Of a stretch of DNA of 55,539 bases, positions 52,917-55,539 are shown piece by piece. Made by a program: the position numbers and the translations under genes. Origin of the DNA: Acidimicrobiales bacterium (GTDB taxonomy: Bacteria > Actinomycetota > Acidimicrobiia > Spongiisociales > ZC4RG35); assembly GCA_024103415.1 (NCBI GenBank), contig JAGFIR010000193.1, forward strand, positions 1 through 55,539, read 5' to 3'. The number at the start of each line of letters is the position of its first letter. The stretch's first letter is position 1. The notes under the pieces were generated by a model, which was not told the DNA's origin, did no database searches, and was given only the letters and a program-made list of their open reading frames with translations.

Positions 52917-53984
52917 TCAGTCCCGGGTGTAGACGGTGACACCCTCGTCGCCGACCACCATGTAGGTGGGGGTGGACGTGCCGGGGGTCACACCGAGACG
53001 TGTCGGGGTTCCCGGATCCGACAGGCTGAAGGGGGACATCATCTCCTCGAGGATCACGACGCTCCCGTCAGCGGTCACCCGCGCGTAGCCGGCCAGTTGC
53101 TGTGACTCGTCCGCCTCGGGGAAGCCGAGGATGAACAGGTGGATGTTGCCCTCGTCGTCGCCCACCGCCTCGATCGACAGGTGGGCGTTGCCGCCGATCC
53201 CGGCGGCGGTGAACACCATGTCCACGGTCGTGCCCGCGTCGGGCAGTTCGAGGTGGATCGTGCTCGGACCGACCGTGAGGAGGAAGCGGCTCCCGTCGCG
53301 GGCCCGCATCGTGTCGGTCCGCTCGGCGGTGGCGGCCCGCGGGTCGACCGCCCACAGGCTCGAATCCTCGAAGTCCATCGCGTAGACCAGTTCGCCGTCG
53401 TCGGTCCGGGGCACGGCGGCGACCGGGACCTCGAAGCCGTCCAGCTTCCCATCCCGGTACCGGATGTAGTGGGTGCCTCCGGTGATCCGGGCGGCGAGGA
53501 CGGTCCCGTCACGCATCACTTTGGGGAAGGTCCACTGGAAGTAGACGCCGTTCACCAGCATCTCCGTCGGGACGGCCACCTCTTCGATGTACTCCCCGTC
53601 GGCGTCGAAGTGGGCCAGCCGGTACTTGGCGGTGTCGAGGAACCACCACGACCCGTCGGGTGCCTGCGCCCCGTACTCGGGCCCCCAGTAGACGCCCTCT
53701 CCGTCGCCCCCGAGCGAGGTCCCCAGGGTCTCCGGGGTTTCCCCGTAGGGGATCGTGAAGAGCTCCCGCCAGGTGTCAGGCATCGACCCGGTGGCCACCG
53801 GGAGCACCAGGTCGCCCGGTGAGAGCGACGGGAGCGAGGTCGTCGTCGAAACCATCGTCGAGGTGGTCGTCACCGGCTCCGAGGTCGTCGTCGAGCCGGC
53901 CGGGGGAGCGGTGCTCGAGGTCGTGGAAGGGCCCGAGGAGCATGCGGCCACCAGGGCGACCAGGAGGATTAGGGATCGGCGCAT
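52917..53984 (-). CDS. Secreted lipoprotein with Ser/Thr-rich linker, unknown function
   Basis: Internal ATG (MRRSLILLVALVAACSSG..., lipobox) of ORF 52917..55094. Its stop abuts the stop of the convergent DUF4097 gene with zero spacing. Confidence 0.7.
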   Translation of the reverse strand: MRRSLILLVALVAACSSGPSTTSSTAPPAGSTTTSEPVTTTSTMVSTTTSLPSLSPGDLVLPVATGSMPDTWRELFTIPYGETPETLGTSLGGDGEGVYWGPEYGAQAPDGSWWFLDTAKYRLAHFDADGEYIEEVAVPTEMLVNGVYFQWTFPKVMRDGTVLAARITGGTHYIRYRDGKLDGFEVPVAAVPRTDDGELVYAMDFEDSSLWAVDPRAATAERTDTMRARDGSRFLLTVGPSTIHLELPDAGTTVDMVFTAAGIGGNAHLSIEAVGDDEGNIHLFILGFPEADESQQLAGYARVTADGSVVILEEMMSPFSLSDPGTPTRLGVTPGTSTPTYMVVGDEGVTVYTRD

Positions 53985-54068
53985 CGGCGGGGCGAAAGGT
54001 ACGCTCCGGATTGCCGCCACGCGTCGATTTACGGCTACGTTCGGACCAACGAGCCCTGGAGGAGTGGG

Positions 54069-55232
54069 ATGCCTGATGCAGTCATAGTCGCCACGGCGAG
54101 AACCCCGATCGGCCGCGCCTACAAGGGCTCGCTGATCGACGTGCGCGCCGACGACCTGGCGGCCATGGCCATCGATGCCGTGATGAACAAGGTTCCGGAG
54201 GTCGATCGGGCCTCCGTGATCGACGTGATGGTCGGTTGCGCCATGACCCATCACGAACAGGGCTTCAACGTGGCCCGCCCCGCCGCGCTGCTGGCCGGGA
54301 TCCCCGACAGCGTCGGCGCCACCACCGTGAACCGCTTCTGCGCCTCTTCGTTGCAGACGATCCGCATGGCGTTCCACGCCATCAACGCCAACGAGGGTGA
54401 GGTCTTCCTGGCCGCGGGTGTCGAGTCGATCACCCGCACCTACGGTCGGGCGTTCGAGTCGGAGGACCTCCATCCACGATTCACCGACAACACCAGGGAC
54501 GACTACATCAACAACGTCTACATCCCGATGGGCATCACGGCCGAGAACGTCGCCGCGAAGTACGGGATCACGCGTGAGCGTCAGGACGAGTACGCCAAGC
54601 TCTCCCAGGACCGTGCCGTGCAGGCCCAGAAGGACGGGTTCTTCGACCGGGAGATCACCCCCGTGACGGTGCCCGACGGCCGGACCATCGCCACCGACGA
54701 CGGCCCCCGTCCCAACACCACCCTGGAGCGTCTCGCCCAGCTGGAGCCGGCGTTCATCCCGGGTGGGACCGTGACCGCCGGTAACTCGTGCCCCCTCAAC
54801 GACGGCGCCGCGGCCGTGCTCGTCATGTCCGACACCAAGGCAGCCGAGCTGGGGCTGACGCCGCTGGCCCGGATCGTGGCCTCGGCAGTGACCGCCCTGG
54901 AACCGGAGTACATGGGCATGGGCCCGGTGAAGGCGGTGCGCGAGGTGCTCGACCGGGCGGGGATGAGCCTCTCGGACATCGACGTCATCGAGCTCAACGA
55001 GGCCTTCGCCGCCCAGGTCCTGGCCTGTGCTGACGAACTGGGCATCGACATCGAGAAGCTCAACCCCCACGGCGGGGCGATCGCCCTGGGTCACCCGTTC
55101 GGCGCCACCGGCGCCCGGATCATGACCACCCTGATCAACGACCTGCAGACCCTCGACGGCACCTACGGCCTGGAGACGATGTGTGTGGGTGGCGGTCAGG
55201 GCATGGCGATGATCGTCGAACGCCTCTCCTGA
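54069..55232 (+). CDS. Acetyl-CoA C-acetyltransferase (thiolase)
   Basis: 387 aa. Active-site Cys VNRFCASSLQ, then NEAFAAQ, GHPFGATGAR and CVGGGQGMA. Confidence 0.9.
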   Translation: MPDAVIVATARTPIGRAYKGSLIDVRADDLAAMAIDAVMNKVPEVDRASVIDVMVGCAMTHHEQGFNVARPAALLAGIPDSVGATTVNRFCASSLQTIRMAFHAINANEGEVFLAAGVESITRTYGRAFESEDLHPRFTDNTRDDYINNVYIPMGITAENVAAKYGITRERQDEYAKLSQDRAVQAQKDGFFDREITPVTVPDGRTIATDDGPRPNTTLERLAQLEPAFIPGGTVTAGNSCPLNDGAAAVLVMSDTKAAELGLTPLARIVASAVTALEPEYMGMGPVKAVREVLDRAGMSLSDIDVIELNEAFAAQVLACADELGIDIEKLNPHGGAIALGHPFGATGARIMTTLINDLQTLDGTYGLETMCVGGGQGMAMIVERLS

Positions 55233-55239
55233 CAGATAG

Positions 55240-55539
55240 TTCTCCCCACGGAGCGGTCAGCGGAGAGCTCGCTTCGCTCGCGCCCCCTCCCGGCCTTCGG
55301 CCGTACTCCCCCGTTCCACTGCCGTTTCACGGGGGAGAAGTCCTGTTGACCCGGTCCTCTCTTTGGATTTCTCCCCCACGGAGCGGTCAGCGGAGAGCTC
55401 GTTTTGTTCGCGCACCCTCCCGGCCTTCGGCCGGGGGACTTGTCCGGAGGGTGCTTCGGATTTCTCCCCCACGGAGCGGTCAGCGGAGTGGGGGAGTGGC
55501 CCGTCAGGGCCGAGGGGGCGCGGTCCGGAGGACCGCCAT
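55240..55539. repeat. Type B-related GC-rich palindromic repeats, three tandem degenerate copies (runs off the window end)
   Basis: 'ttctcccc(c)acggagcggtcagcgga' recurs at about 55240, 55368 and 55461. The third copy has the full gtgggggagt...gagggggcgcgg tail seen at 28050 and 41231. Confidence 0.8.

Noticed and set aside
1-55539. tRNA, rRNA, tmRNA, SRP RNA, riboswitches, transposases, integrases and prophage genes
   Set aside because: I scanned every intergenic gap longer than 40 nt by eye and recognised no cloverleaf-like or other known RNA signature. No ORF resembled a recombinase or transposase. A covariance-model scan (Infernal/Rfam, tRNAscan-SE) would be needed to exclude small RNAs.

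Overview
This is a GC-rich chromosomal segment; third codon positions are overwhelmingly G/C. Gene order is typical of Actinomycetota, possibly an Acidimicrobiia-like lineage, though that is a guess from synteny and composition only. The backbone is the conserved housekeeping block ddl - rpmB - recG - rsmD - coaD - DUF177 - rpmF - plsX - rnc - mutM - smc - ftsY ... ffh - rpsP - KH - rimM. Several accessory blocks interrupt it. (i) A pyrimidine-salvage and ETF set: cdd, etfBA, deoA, upp. (ii) An arginine cluster of the acetylornithine-transcarbamylase type: argF'-argA/B-argC. (iii) A large form I aerobic CO-dehydrogenase supercluster at about 32.9-47.5 kb. It holds coxMSL with the AYRCSFR signature, three XdhC-family maturation genes (one split, one fused to a YHS/TRASH metal-binding domain), coxG, two MoxR(CoxD)/VWA(CoxE) pairs, and several unannotatable small ORFs. 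The most unusual part is five tandem paralogous single-pass membrane mini-proteins (39809-41224) packed directly behind coxG. Other points of interest are a membrane-anchored MurF-like ligase coupled to ddl, an alkyltransferase-like (PWWR) protein coupled to upp, and at least three families of nested-palindrome GC-rich repeats that fill intergenic gaps. Two of those repeats are ~200-bp MITE-like units with terminal inverted repeats. I found no rRNA, tRNA, CRISPR array, transposase or integrase. Many long ORFs in the six-frame track are antisense shadow ORFs typical of GC-rich DNA and were not called. Gene starts were refined by hand from the ORF track, and many are GTG/TTG starts or 4-nt ATGA/GTGA overlaps. 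All functional calls rest on motifs I recognised by eye, not on database searches.
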